From the NCBI GenBank assembly GCA_963662615.2, contig CAXXSR010000001.1, positions 864,001 through 928,000 on the forward strand: a DNA stretch of 64,000 bases, in the 5' to 3' direction. The translations under genes and the position numbers were made by a program. This document shows, in pieces, positions 50,750 to 60,960 of this stretch (its first letter is position 1; the number at the start of each line of letters is the position of its first letter). The DNA comes from Dehalococcoidia bacterium. Its GTDB lineage: Bacteria > Chloroflexota > Dehalococcoidia > Bin125. The notes beneath the pieces were generated by a model that saw only the letters and a program-made list of their open reading frames with translations, ran no database searches and was not told the DNA's origin.

Positions 50750-51487
50750 ATGAACCGGTGGTTGGTGGGGGGCGTGCTCGCGATCCTCCTGAGTGGTTTC
50801 GGGGTCCTCTTAGCGATGCCGCAACCCGTACAGGCGTGTTCGTGTGTGGTCTTCACCCCGCCGGAGCAGTTGGAGATGGCATCGACCGTCTTCCACGGCC
50901 GCGTCACGGCGATGGAGCCGTTCACTCCGGCTGCCAACAGCCCTAGGCCGTGGCTTGACACGGCAGTGCAGTTTGAGGTGGACACGGTATGGGAAGGCGC
51001 GGTCGCCGAGAACATCGTGATCGCTGTGGTTGGCGCTAACGAAGCATGCGGGTTTGAGTTTGATGTCGGCGAGGAATATCTCGTGTACGCGGACGGTCCT
51101 CCCTTCTATGGCACCGGCTGGTGTGATGGTACGAAGATCTTCGACGGGGATGTTGCCCACTTGGGCGAAGGCATGGCTCCACTTCCGGGAATCGACGAGC
51201 AAGCACTCGCCTACGATCAAAGACACATTGAAGCGGCCGCTGTTGCCGCTGCCGAGCCGGAGCCACCACCGCTTGCTGAAACACCAACCGACGCTGCCGA
51301 GCCGGGGCCTGCCCCCGCCGGCGAAGCCCCGCGCGAAAGCGTGGAGCCAGATCCGCCGCCGGTCGCATCACAAGACGCTGGAGAGACGGGCTGGATCTGG
51401 ATCGCCGTGGGGATCGGCGTCGCGGCGGTGGCGGGCGTTGCCTTTGCGATCACCTGGGCGCGGTGGCGCGGCAAGTTTTCCGTATAG
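50750..51487 (+). CDS. secreted, membrane-anchored TIMP/NTR-like protein
   Basis: Signal peptide then ACSC; VFHGRV, CGFEF..GEEYLVYA; C-terminal TM. Confidence 0.75.
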   Translation: MNRWLVGGVLAILLSGFGVLLAMPQPVQACSCVVFTPPEQLEMASTVFHGRVTAMEPFTPAANSPRPWLDTAVQFEVDTVWEGAVAENIVIAVVGANEACGFEFDVGEEYLVYADGPPFYGTGWCDGTKIFDGDVAHLGEGMAPLPGIDEQALAYDQRHIEAAAVAAAEPEPPPLAETPTDAAEPGPAPAGEAPRESVEPDPPPVASQDAGETGWIWIAVGIGVAAVAGVAFAITWARWRGKFSV

Positions 51488-51539
51488 GTTTCAGCGCGGT
51501 GCCATCGCGCACGATCACCACGTCGCGCTCAGGGGCTGC

Positions 51540-51998
51540 GACTGGTCCGCAGCGAGGAAGGATCGCTTCTCGAGTGATCCCGCGAACCTCAACCCGACGG
51601 CGCAATCGTTCAACGCGAGCAAGGGGAGTCGCACGCCGGATCAGTTGACCGGCATCGCGGCCCGGATTCTCGACACGGCGGTGGAGCAGTGCGCCTATGC
51701 GCGTCAGCACCGCGCCGTGAAGCGGGCGTGGGGCCTCACCCTGACCGCTCCGCAGCAGGCCACCAGCACCGCGTGGCTCGCCGGCTGTGGGACGACCAAC
51801 GGAGAAGCGGCATCCGAGCCTGCGCCAATATCGGAGTCCGGCGTCGGTTGCGATCCGTCGTATCCTGATGTGTGCATCCCGCCCTCCCCGCCAGACCTTG
51901 ACTGTGGGGACATCCCGCATCGACGCTTCCGGGTCGTCGGGAACGACCCGCATCGATTCGATGGCCGGGACCAGGACGGCATTGGATGCGAGAGCTAG
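51540..51998 (+). pseudogene. remnant of HNH (DUF1524-like) plus Cys-rich Ca-binding C-terminal domain
   Basis: DPANL..NASKG; CDPSYPDVCIPP..DLDC..DPHRFDGRDQDGIGCE. Confidence 0.6.
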
Positions 51999-52094
51999 CA
52001 GGGCGCGACCAGTGATTGGGATCGAATCGAGCGTCTGGCTCAACAGCGTCAGCCAATGTCGACCGGGAGATCGCAGGGATCGCCGAACACCGTC

Positions 52095-52475
52095 TCAATA
52101 TGGAGATTCGAGCTCCGGGAACATTGGGAAGTGGCGGACGTTGCGAGTCCAGAGCCGGGCGTCGATGCGTTCGGCCGTCGCGGCAATCACGTAATCGACC
52201 GGATCAACCCCGGGGTGCGACGGCAGATACCGGTTGGCCAGGGCGCCAGCACGTTCGGCGAGCTCGTCATCGACTGCGATCCAGTCGAGGCTGTCCAGCA
52301 GGCGACGCGTGGCGCGCTCCTCCGGGACTCGCATCCCGGCCAGCACCTCGACCTTGGTGAGTACGGAAGCGGCGAGCCGTTCGCCAGCGGCCGTGGCGCC
52401 GCGAAGCGCCTCGCGAGCCGCCTCCTCGCCCCGCAGGTGGTCGATCAGCACCGAGGTGTCGACGATGATCGCCAT
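52095..52475 (-). CDS. vapC: VapC PIN-domain toxin
   Basis: IVDTSVLID, EVLAG, DYVIAATA, WTRNVRHF. Confidence 0.9.
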   Translation of the reverse strand: MAIIVDTSVLIDHLRGEEAAREALRGATAAGERLAASVLTKVEVLAGMRVPEERATRRLLDSLDWIAVDDELAERAGALANRYLPSHPGVDPVDYVIAATAERIDARLWTRNVRHFPMFPELESPY

Positions 52476-52726
52476 CAGCCTGCCAGTCGGCGAGACATGC
52501 CGCGACGAAGCCCCTCCACGTAGCTCGCGCCAGCGAAGTCGCGGTCCGCCCAGGAGGCGAAACTCGCGTCGAGGGCTCCCAGCACCTCCACGGCGGGAGA
52601 TGTTCCGTAGCGGTGCTCGAGCGCCCGGCGAACGAGTTCCGCGAGGCCGAGGCCGGAGCGCCGGGACTCCTCGCGCAGCCGCGCATACTGCTCATCGGTC
52701 AGCGTGATCTGCGTGCGGTGACTCAT
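52475..52726 (-). CDS. vapB: RHH/CopG antitoxin
   Basis: RTQITLT..LAELVRRAL; TGATG coupling to vapC. Confidence 0.85.
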   Translation of the reverse strand: MSHRTQITLTDEQYARLREESRRSGLGLAELVRRALEHRYGTSPAVEVLGALDASFASWADRDFAGASYVEGLRRGMSRRLAG

Positions 52727-52789
52727 GATGTAAGTCTACATCAATCCACCGGATTGCGGGTGCAGAGCCAGTCTGTCCGCGGGACGGAG

Positions 52790-52900
52790 CGGACGCGGAT
52801 TCTCTGTGTGGACGACGACCCGCAGACGCTGCGGTACGTCCGCGACGCGCTCTCGAAGGCGGGCTACGCGCCCATCGTGACCGCCGACCCGGCGGAGGTG
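52790..52900 (+). pseudogene. response regulator receiver fragment
   Basis: RILCVDDDPQTLRYVRDALSKAGY, then breaks off. Confidence 0.6.
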
Positions 52901-53071
52901 GTTCCGCGGTCTGGCTGGTTACCGCGTGACCGTGAAGAAGGCTGCGTAGTAGGGGCGTCCTTTCACCCTCACGGCGCCTCGATGTATCTGCGCTCGTCGC
53001 GATCGGGGGTCAACGCCGGCGAGCGTCCTCTGCCAGTTCTCCGCTCTTCCCCATCTGGGAGAAAGTTTCCT

Positions 53072-53119
53072 TGGAGCGGGAGACGGGACTCGAACCCGCG
53101 ACTCTCGGCTTGGGAAGCC
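53072..53119 (-). other. tRNA-Gly(CCC) 3'-half, att-site scar next to the integrase
   Basis: GGCTTCCCAAGCCGAGAGTCGCGGGTTCGAGTCCCGTCTCCCGCTCCA. Confidence 0.85.
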
Positions 53120-53321
53120 CGATAATACAGAGCGCTCCGCCTGTGCGCGTGGGTGCGACGATCGGTCATCGGCCCGATTCCCGCGGACGGACCGGTGCGC
53201 GGCGGACCGCCGCAGGCAGGGCCCCCGCGCGTTCGGCCCGTCGCCCCCGGAGAACGCACTGCAGGGCCCGTGCCGGGAAGACCCTGCTCGGGGTGTCGGG
53301 GGTGCAGGCGCAGCGGTCCAC

Positions 53322-54257
53322 TCAGCCCGGACCGACGAGCATCCCGTCGCCCGGCGAGAAGGCGGCGTGGCGCTCAGTGGCCTGGGCGCTGCCGTAGGTG
53401 GCGGAATAGCGGCGCACCATCTCCGGCGAACTGTGGCCGAGCAGATGCTGGACGTCGAGCTCGCGCGCGTCGTGGGCGATGGCCCAGGTGGCGAACGTGT
53501 GCCGGAAGCGATGAGCGTGCACCTTGGGGATGCCGGCGGCCCGGCCGAGCCGGCGCAGCAGTTGCTTCAGCCCGTTCGGCCGGAGACGGACGCCGGCGTT
53601 GAGGCGCCCGTGGCGCGCGGCGACGAAGAGCGGACCCGGCGCCGTCCCCCGGTCCGCGCAATAGGCGGCGAGGGCGTCGGCGCAGCGTCCGGCGAAGGGC
53701 ACGATGCGGTCCTTGCCGCCCTTGCCCTGCCGCACGAGCAGCCGGCGCTCCGGCAGGGCGCAGTCCGCGAGGTCCAGTCCGACCGCTTCGGCGCAGCGGA
53801 CGCCGGTGTCCAGCAGCGTCAGGAGGATCGCGCGATCGCGGCGGCCCATGGGCGTCGCCGCATCGCAGCAGGCGAGCAGGCGGGCGATCTCGGCGGGCGC
53901 CAGCGGCGGCACGATCTTGCGAGGCAGGCGGACGTTGCGGAGGCCGCGGAAGGGGTCGTTGGCGGTATAGCCGGCGGCGCGCAGCCAGGTGCAGAAGCAG
54001 CGCACCTCGCGGAAGTAGCGGTGGCGGGTGTCGGGGCTGCGGGCGGCGAAGCGGGCGAGGTAGGTGACGACGTGGTCGGGGCGGAGGCGGTCCGGATCCA
54101 GAGGCGCCCCATCCTCGACGAGGCAGCGGGAGAAGCGGGTCAGCGTCTCCCGATAGGCCTGGACGGTGCGGGGCGACTTGCCCTCGACCACGCAGCGGGC
54201 GAGGTAGGTGGCGATGAGGGCGGGCAGCAGGGGGTTGGGGGCGGGTGCCGGGTCCAT
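53322..54257 (-). CDS. tyrosine recombinase/integrase (XerC/D-like)
   Basis: DTGVR, GKGGKDR, HRFRHTFA, LLGHS, RRY. Confidence 0.92.
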   Translation of the reverse strand: MDPAPAPNPLLPALIATYLARCVVEGKSPRTVQAYRETLTRFSRCLVEDGAPLDPDRLRPDHVVTYLARFAARSPDTRHRYFREVRCFCTWLRAAGYTANDPFRGLRNVRLPRKIVPPLAPAEIARLLACCDAATPMGRRDRAILLTLLDTGVRCAEAVGLDLADCALPERRLLVRQGKGGKDRIVPFAGRCADALAAYCADRGTAPGPLFVAARHGRLNAGVRLRPNGLKQLLRRLGRAAGIPKVHAHRFRHTFATWAIAHDARELDVQHLLGHSSPEMVRRYSATYGSAQATERHAAFSPGDGMLVGPG

Positions 54258-54862
54258 GGCCCGTCCATGGACGCTCTGCTTGCCCGGGAAGTCAAGGCAG
54301 CCCCGCCCCGGACGGCGGGGCTGCTGGGAGCCGCAGGCGGATGGCGGCAGCGGCGACCCGGCAGCAAAGCGGCGGTCCGTCGCGCATGCCGTCATGCTGC
54401 CATCTTGGCGCGACAGCGGCGCCGACGAGCGCGCGAGCTCTGGCTGGGCTACCAGTGGGGCGCCAACGAGCTGGCCCTGGTGCTGGATCTGGTAGGGAGA
54501 ACCACGGGTGCGCGGCGACTTTCTCGGACGACTTCGAATCTCACCAGTCGTCGATCCTGCTTCTGGATTACGCTATCCATCGTTGTCGGCGCTTCCCTCC
54601 ATTACCCGTTCACCATGCGGATGTAGTCATCCACGAGTGAGAGAATCCGAGTACTAACCGACGGGACGGGATCGAGCCCCGATTTGAGTGCGCGCCGAGA
54701 CTGGCGCAGGGCTGGCGTCGCCTCTCGCCCCCGGTGCAGATGAGCAAGCAGCACTGAGACCAGAAGCGTCTCTTGCTGTCTGGGAAGCGCCCGTGTTGCC
54801 AGCGCAGCGACCACGCCCGCTACGACCACCACCGCTGAGTCCTCAGAGCACTCTGGCCCCTC

Positions 54863-55815
54863 GGTTCTGTCAGATCGCAGGGCGCCGGCACGAACCGAGC
54901 GAGGCGTTCCCCCCGCGGCGCCCACTCTGCGGCCTGCCTCTCCGCGATCAATGACCGCCAGCGCGCTGCGACGAGCCGTCGCGGCTCGGCCAGCGGGACC
55001 TGCGCACCCCATCGTTGACGGACGCGGCCGTCCGGTCGGCGCTCAGCGAACGCGGAACAGCACCGCACAGCAGACGCGAAGCTCCCGCAGCCGAGCAGCG
55101 GGCGAGAGCGCTGCGTGACGGCCCGCTGGTCCGGCTCGATGCGGGTGGTCACGGAGTGATGGCATCGGTGTCGCCCCTTGCTCCCCAGGATCCAGCGGAT
55201 CGCCCGCCGGTCGGGCGGATGGGCCTCCGTCGTGACGCGTAGCGGCTTACGCTCAGCCACCTCGACGAGTCGTCTCAGGAATCTCCGGGCGGCGTGCCTA
55301 TCGCGGTGCTCGCTGAGCATGGAGTCGAGGAGGTCGCCATCGCGGTCGATGGCGCGGTAGAGAGAGCACCAGCGGCCCGCGACCTTCACGGAGGTCTCAT
55401 CGATGTACCAGGAGACGCCGGCGCAGCCTCGGCGCTTGGTCCGGAGCCGGTCCGCCAAGAGCGGCGCGAGGCGGAACTCCCAAATCCGGATCGTCTCGTC
55501 GGTGACCTCGTAGCCCCGCTCGAGGAGCAGCGCGGCGACGTCGCGGAAGCTGAGCGTGTAACGGAGACGCCAGAGTACGGCGAGCAGGACGATATCCGTC
55601 GGGTACTGGAGATCGTTGAACGGGGTGCCGGTCCGCTCGTTGAAGGTCCTCCGGCAGGCGCGGCACGCGGAGGTGCGGTAGCCGAGTGCGGTGCGCCGCC
55701 GCCGGCGGCTGGTCTCTCCGGAGCCCCAGTGGGGACAGTCCACAAGCCGTCCTCTCCAGGTCGCTGGTGAGCGCGACGCTAACAGAGGACCCGTAGTCTG
55801 AGATCTGACGGAACC
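54863..55815 (-). mobile_element. IS6-family element with degenerate transposase
   Basis: IRs GGTTCTGTCAGATC/GATCTGACGGAACC; WYIDET..YRAIDRDG. Confidence 0.9.
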
Positions 55816-55940
55816 GCGCCGGCGACCTGGTGCGGCGCACGGGGGTGCCGCCGCGGGCGGGGCGCCTCTCCGCCGGCGACGTGGTGGAGATCGAAGCGGA
55901 GGGCATTGGCGTCCTGCGCAACCCGGTCGTGGGGGCCTGA
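55816..55940 (+). pseudogene. fumarylacetoacetate-hydrolase-family C-terminal remnant
   Basis: [24 protein letters not shown]. Confidence 0.65.
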
Positions 55941-56015
55941 TCGCGGGCTGCTCGTCGCCGGGGCGTTCGGTCCCCCTGCGCCGGTTGAGGCGTCCGGCCG
56001 AGGCGCCCCCGACGC

Positions 56016-58217
56016 TCAGGCGCGCGTGCGCCGCACGACGGCCACGCCGGCCAGCGCCACGCTGACCGCGAGGGCCACCGCCAGCGCCAGGAGACCGTGC
56101 CCGCCAGCGAGTCCGCCGCTGCCGGCGCTGCCGCCGCTGCCGGTATTCGGGAGGACTTCGGGGCCGCGGGCGGCAGCATCGCCATCGTCACCGGCGGCAG
56201 CATCGCCATCGCCGCCGCCGGCATCCAGCGCGGCGAGGTCCAGGGCGACTTCGGTGCGGGCGGCGATGACGACGTCGTAGGGCCTGCTGCGGACGGACCC
56301 CGTGATGCTGAAGGTCACGCTGGCGGCGTCCGCCCGGTAGACATAGATGACCCAGTCGCCCGCGGCGACCGCCGTTCTCCCAACCGCTTTCCCATCCTCG
56401 TTCCGGGCGGTGATGACCGTGCCGTCGGGGACGAGCTCGCCGTCGATGGCGGCGCCGGATCCGGCGGCGGCGGACCCGTAGAATTGATGCGGCGGGGCGA
56501 TGGGTACCACGCCGGTGCGCCGCATGATCACGACGCTGCCCGGGGTCAGCGAGGACGCGTCGAGCGTGTTCAGGAACTCCGGCTGGCCGACGCCGTGGCC
56601 GAGGAAGTTCTGCGCGGCGGCATCGAACACCCACACGCTCACGACCGGGAACCGCTGCGCGGCGATCAGCGCCGCCAAGTCGGATGTGCACGCAAGGCCA
56701 TAGGTCCATCCGCCCGGCGGCGGGACCGGCAGCACGGTTGGCGCGTCCCGCTTCGGCTCAACCGCAGCGACCGGCGCCGCCTCGTCCGGCACGCCCCTCG
56801 GCGCGTCGCTCCGCTGCATGATGACGACGCGGCCGGGACTGAGCGAGGAGTCGTCGAGGGTGTTCACGAACTCGGGCGCGCCGACAACGTGGCCTAGGAA
56901 CTCCTGCGTCGGGACGTCGAACACCCACACGCTGGCGACCGGGAACCGCTGCGCGGCGATCAGCGCCGCCAGGTCGGACGTGTCCGAGACGCCGTAGCTC
57001 CATCCGCCCGGCGGGGGAACGGGCAGGACGCTCGACCAGCAGCTGTCGGTGCCTGCCCGCTCGCCTTCGTCCTCCTGGGGAGGGGTCCCGTCGTCGGAGT
57101 CCGGCGGGGGATCGCCGTCGTTGGAGTCCGGCGGCGTGTTTCCCGAGTTGTCCGACTGGGTGTTCCCCGGAGGAGGCGGAGGCGGAGGCGTGTTTCCCGA
57201 GTTGTCCGACTGGGTGTTCCCCGGAGGAGGCGGAGGCGGAGGCGTGTTTCCCGAGTTGTCCGACTGGGTGTTCCCCGGAGGAGGCGGAGGCGGAGGCGTG
57301 TTTCCCGAGTTGTCCGACTGGGTGTTCCCCGGAGGAGGCGGAGGCGGCGGCGTGTTTCCCGAGTTGTCCGACTGGGTGTTCCCCGGAGGAGGCGGAGGCG
57401 GAGGCAGGCTCCCGCCGCAGCTGGCCCGAGTCACGAGCAGGACCGCGTCATTGAAGTCCTCGTCCCCGCCCCCGGAGTAGTCCTCAAAGGAGACGATCGA
57501 GCCCGAGATCCGCGCGTGTATGAGGCCGTCGGGGTTGCGCGATGCGGGCCCCGTCCTGAACACGTCCCCGGTCTCCTGCACGCGGATCCCGAGCACGAGC
57601 TCCCCCGCCGAAAGGCCCCTGAGTACCATCGTCGAGCCGACTTGGCGGTTCGTGATCATGAGATTTATCGCCATGCTCATGTCGCTCATGTCGAAGCGCA
57701 AGAACATGCTCGTGTACGCGGCCTCAAAGGCCAGCACGGTGACGGTGACATCGGTACAGGCGCCCGTCAGCGTGAGGGTGGAACCCGTCGCCGGGTCGCT
57801 GGCGCCCGTCACGATCGGTTCCTGTACGAGCGCGACCTCGCGGGCCCGCCCCGGCCCGCAGCCGGCGTCGTTGCACGCCTGCAGCCGCACCCGCCACAGA
57901 CCATGGTCGGGCACGGCGAGAGTGGCCTCGGTGTCCGTGGCGATCACCGCATCGCCCGGCTGGAAGGCTCCGCCGGGGCGCCGCCAGCTCAGGGAGTAGG
58001 ACGTCGCTCCGGGAACGTCATCCCAGGACACCCCCACCTCCAGCGCGCCGGGCTGGACGCCGATCCCCAATCCGGTGGGCTCGGCCGGGACCCCATCGTC
58101 TGCGCGCCCGTCGCGGCCGGCAGCGGCGGATCCGGGCAGCGCAAGCACGATACTCAGCAGGGCCAGGACACCCACCAGGAACCAGCTGCGAAAAGCTGGT
58201 GTGTCGAAACGAATCAC
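56016..58217 (-). CDS. sortase-anchored surface protein: FN3, DUF4114-like, Pro-rich repeats, duplicated domain, LPNTG
   Basis: Signal peptide; VSWD..ATSY..ACN..GCG; FED..GGDEDFNDAV; LPNTG followed by TM and basic tail. Confidence 0.82.
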   Translation of the reverse strand: MIRFDTPAFRSWFLVGVLALLSIVLALPGSAAAGRDGRADDGVPAEPTGLGIGVQPGALEVGVSWDDVPGATSYSLSWRRPGGAFQPGDAVIATDTEATLAVPDHGLWRVRLQACNDAGCGPGRAREVALVQEPIVTGASDPATGSTLTLTGACTDVTVTVLAFEAAYTSMFLRFDMSDMSMAINLMITNRQVGSTMVLRGLSAGELVLGIRVQETGDVFRTGPASRNPDGLIHARISGSIVSFEDYSGGGDEDFNDAVLLVTRASCGGSLPPPPPPPGNTQSDNSGNTPPPPPPPGNTQSDNSGNTPPPPPPPGNTQSDNSGNTPPPPPPPGNTQSDNSGNTPPPPPPPGNTQSDNSGNTPPDSNDGDPPPDSDDGTPPQEDEGERAGTDSCWSSVLPVPPPGGWSYGVSDTSDLAALIAAQRFPVASVWVFDVPTQEFLGHVVGAPEFVNTLDDSSLSPGRVVIMQRSDAPRGVPDEAAPVAAVEPKRDAPTVLPVPPPGGWTYGLACTSDLAALIAAQRFPVVSVWVFDAAAQNFLGHGVGQPEFLNTLDASSLTPGSVVIMRRTGVVPIAPPHQFYGSAAAGSGAAIDGELVPDGTVITARNEDGKAVGRTAVAAGDWVIYVYRADAASVTFSITGSVRSRPYDVVIAARTEVALDLAALDAGGGDGDAAAGDDGDAAARGPEVLPNTGSGGSAGSGGLAGGHGLLALAVALAVSVALAGVAVVRRTRA
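57133..57402. repeat. 5 x 54-bp coding tandem repeat (PPPPPPPGNTQSDNSGNT)
   Basis: Units start at 57133, 57187, 57241, 57295 and 57349. Confidence 0.95.
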
Positions 58218-58371
58218 AAGGGGACTCCCAGTGTGGCGTGGCCACCGACCTGGGCCGCGCCGCGTCCCTCCTTACTCGATAGGGAGGCGAGAGTCGCGTC
58301 ACCGGCGAAACGCGCGGCGCGCCACTCTATGCGGAACGTCCCTCCGGAGTCAACCGAGCCGCTCCCCCGAT

Positions 58372-59621
58372 TGACCTGCCCCCCCAGAACCGGTCCAGAT
58401 CCTGTGCGAGGATTCGGGGCGGTGCGAAGGGAGTCGGCATGGCACGCAAGCGGTACGCGGCCGAGGAGATCATCGGCAAACTGCGGGAGGCGGAGGGGGT
58501 GCTCGCGCAGGGGGAAGCGGTCGCGCAGGTCGCGCGCCGCCTCGGCGTGGCCGAGCCAACGTATTACCGCTGGCGGCGGGAGTACGGGGGGCTGCGGGTC
58601 GACCAGGCCAAGCGGCTGAAAGAACTGGAGCGCGAGAACAGTCGGCTGAAGCGGTTGGTGGCCGATCAGGCGCTGGACAACGCGATGTTGCGGGACGTCG
58701 CAGCGGGAAACTTCTGAGCCCGGCCCAGCGGCGCCGGGCGACATCCTACCGCACGGACCAGGACGCGGTGTCGGAGCGGCGGGCCGGCCAGGTCACCGGC
58801 CAGGCGCGGGCGACACAGCGCTACGTGCCCCGGCCGTCCCCGGATGCGCCGGCGCTGATCGCGCGGATCATCGCCCTTGCCCGCCGCTTCGGGCGCTACG
58901 GCTCCCGGCGCATCACGGCGCTGCTGCGGGCCGAGGGCTGGCGGGTGAACCACAAGCGGGTGGAGCGGCTCTGGCGGCAGGAAGGGCTGCGGGTGCCCCG
59001 GAAAGCCCCGCGCCGGCGGCGGCTTTGGGCGGCCGATGGATCCTGCACGCGGCGCCGGGCGGAGCGCCCGAACCACGTCTGGTCCTACGACTTCGTCAGC
59101 GAGCGGACCCACGACGGCCGGCCCCTGCGCCTGCTGACCATCGTCGACGAGTACACGCGGGAGTGCCTCAGCATTGACGTGGCCCGGCGCCTGCGGTCCG
59201 ACGACGTCCTCGCCCGGCTGACGGCGCTCTTCGTGCAGCGGGGCCCGCCCACCTACGTCCGCTCCGACAACGGCCCCGAGTTCACGGCGACGGCGGTGCG
59301 TTCCTGGCTGCGTCGCCTCGGCGTGACGACACTCTTCATCGAGCCCGGCAGCCCCTGGGAGAACGGCTATGTGGAATCCTTCAACGGCAAGCTGCGCGAC
59401 GAGTGCCTCAACCCCGAGATCTTCACCACGCTCACGGAAGCGCAGATCCTGGTCGATCGCTGGCGCCGGGAGTACAACCAAGTCCGGCCTCACAGCGCCC
59501 TCGGCTACCGCCCCCCCGCCCCAGAGACCCTGGAGGTCGGACCTCCCCACCCCACCCCTTTGGCAGACCGGATGGTTCTGGCACTAACTTAAGCCCTGGT
59601 ACAACAATCGGGGGCAGGTCA
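58372..59621 (+). mobile_element. IS3-family element, near intact
   Basis: IRs TGACCTGCCCCC/GGGGGCAGGTCA; orfA 58439-58717 with GGGAAAC shift site; orfB to 59592 with DDE motifs. Confidence 0.93.
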
Positions 59622-60311
59622 CCCGGATGAGCCGGCGCTGATCGCGCGCATCGTCGCCCTCGCCACGCGCTTCGGCCGCTCCGGCTCCCGCCACATCACG
59701 GCCCTGCTGCGCGCGGAGGGCTGAGGACCGACCGGCTCGCTGGTCCGGCGGCGGGCCGAGCGCCCCCACCACGTCTGGTCCTACGACGTCGTCTTCGACC
59801 GCACCGCCGCTGGGCGCCCGGTGCGGATCCTCGCCCTCGTGGATGAGTACACGCGCGCGTGCCTGAGTCTCGACGTGGCCCGCCGGCTGCGTAGCGACGC
59901 TGTCCTGGCGCGGCTGGCCCAGCTCTTCGTCGAGCGTGGGCCGCCGGCGTACCTGCGGTCCGACAACGGCCCGGAGTTCACGGCCACGGCGGTGCGCGAC
60001 TGGCGGACGCGGGTCGGCGTGACCACCCGCTTCATCGAGCCCGGCAGTCCCTGGGAGAACGGCTCTGTGGAATCTTTCCACGGCACGCTGCGCGACGAGT
60101 GCCGCACCCCCGAGATCTTCACGACCCGCACCGAAGCCCAGGTCCTCATCGCCCGCTGGCGGCGCGAGTACCACCCAATCCGGCCCCACCGTGCGCTCGG
60201 CTCCCGGCCACCCGCCCCGGAAACGCAGGCGATCCGATCTCCCCCCTCCGGGCAGCCTCGGAGCGTCCCAACCCTCACTTAACCACTGGTACAACGATCG
60301 GGGGCAGGTCA
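59622..60311 (+). pseudogene. second, degenerate IS3 orfB with right IR
   Basis: Homologous to 58850-59621; internal deletion and stop; ends GGGGCAGGTCA. Confidence 0.9.
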
Positions 60312-60400
60312 GTCTGGTAGCCCAGGTTGGAGCCTTCCATCGCCGTGCCGGTCTTGACGAAGAAGTACCGGCGGCAGACGCGGCAGTGTCCGTCCGCTCT
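60312..60400 (-). pseudogene. IS1595-like transposase fragment
   Basis: CRVCRRYFFVKTGTAMEGSNLGYQ. Confidence 0.55.
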
Positions 60401-60719
60401 CGCCCGTCGACCGGGGCGCGCCAGTGTCGCCGCCTGGGCGAACGAAAACGCGCGCAAGATAGCACGGGCGCCCGCCGCGAAGGGCGACCGTGTCCGACCG
60501 CAGTGGCCTGCGGCCGCGCTCCTCACCAGTAAGACGATGCCGGCTTTGGACATGGCGTAGACGGAGTGTTGACAACGCAGAGCCAGAAAGCGACCGGCCG
60601 ATCGAGATCAGTGCTTACCTCAGCATGATCGAGTCGCTACCGGACACGAGCATTCGGATCGGCGCAGTCGGAACCCGCCACGGCAGTCGGAGGGTTCAGG
60701 AGGGCGTCGACGTGGTGCT

Positions 60720-60960
60720 CGCGGTTGATACGACGTGGATGGCGAGTTGGTCCGAGAAGAACTCGGAAAACCCGCCGATCATCGTGAGCATCAGCTTCCC
60801 AGCCGGGGTTGAGAAGTCGCTGTTCTCCGTGAGGCTGACGAAGCCAACACCCTCCCCGCCGAGCCGCTGGAGTGCTTCCGTCTGCACGCGGATGTTCTGC
60901 GCCCAGCGATCGATCGTGTGAACCACGACCGCATCGAACGCCCCTCGGCTTGCGTCGGAC
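60720..60960 (-). pseudogene. serine recombinase catalytic-domain fragment
   Basis: FDAVVVHTIDRW..FVSLTEN.DFSTPAGKLMLTMIGGFSEF. Confidence 0.75.

Noticed and set aside
57133-57402. Regular repeats as a CRISPR array
   Set aside because: No unique spacers; contiguous 54-bp in-frame coding units; no cas genes
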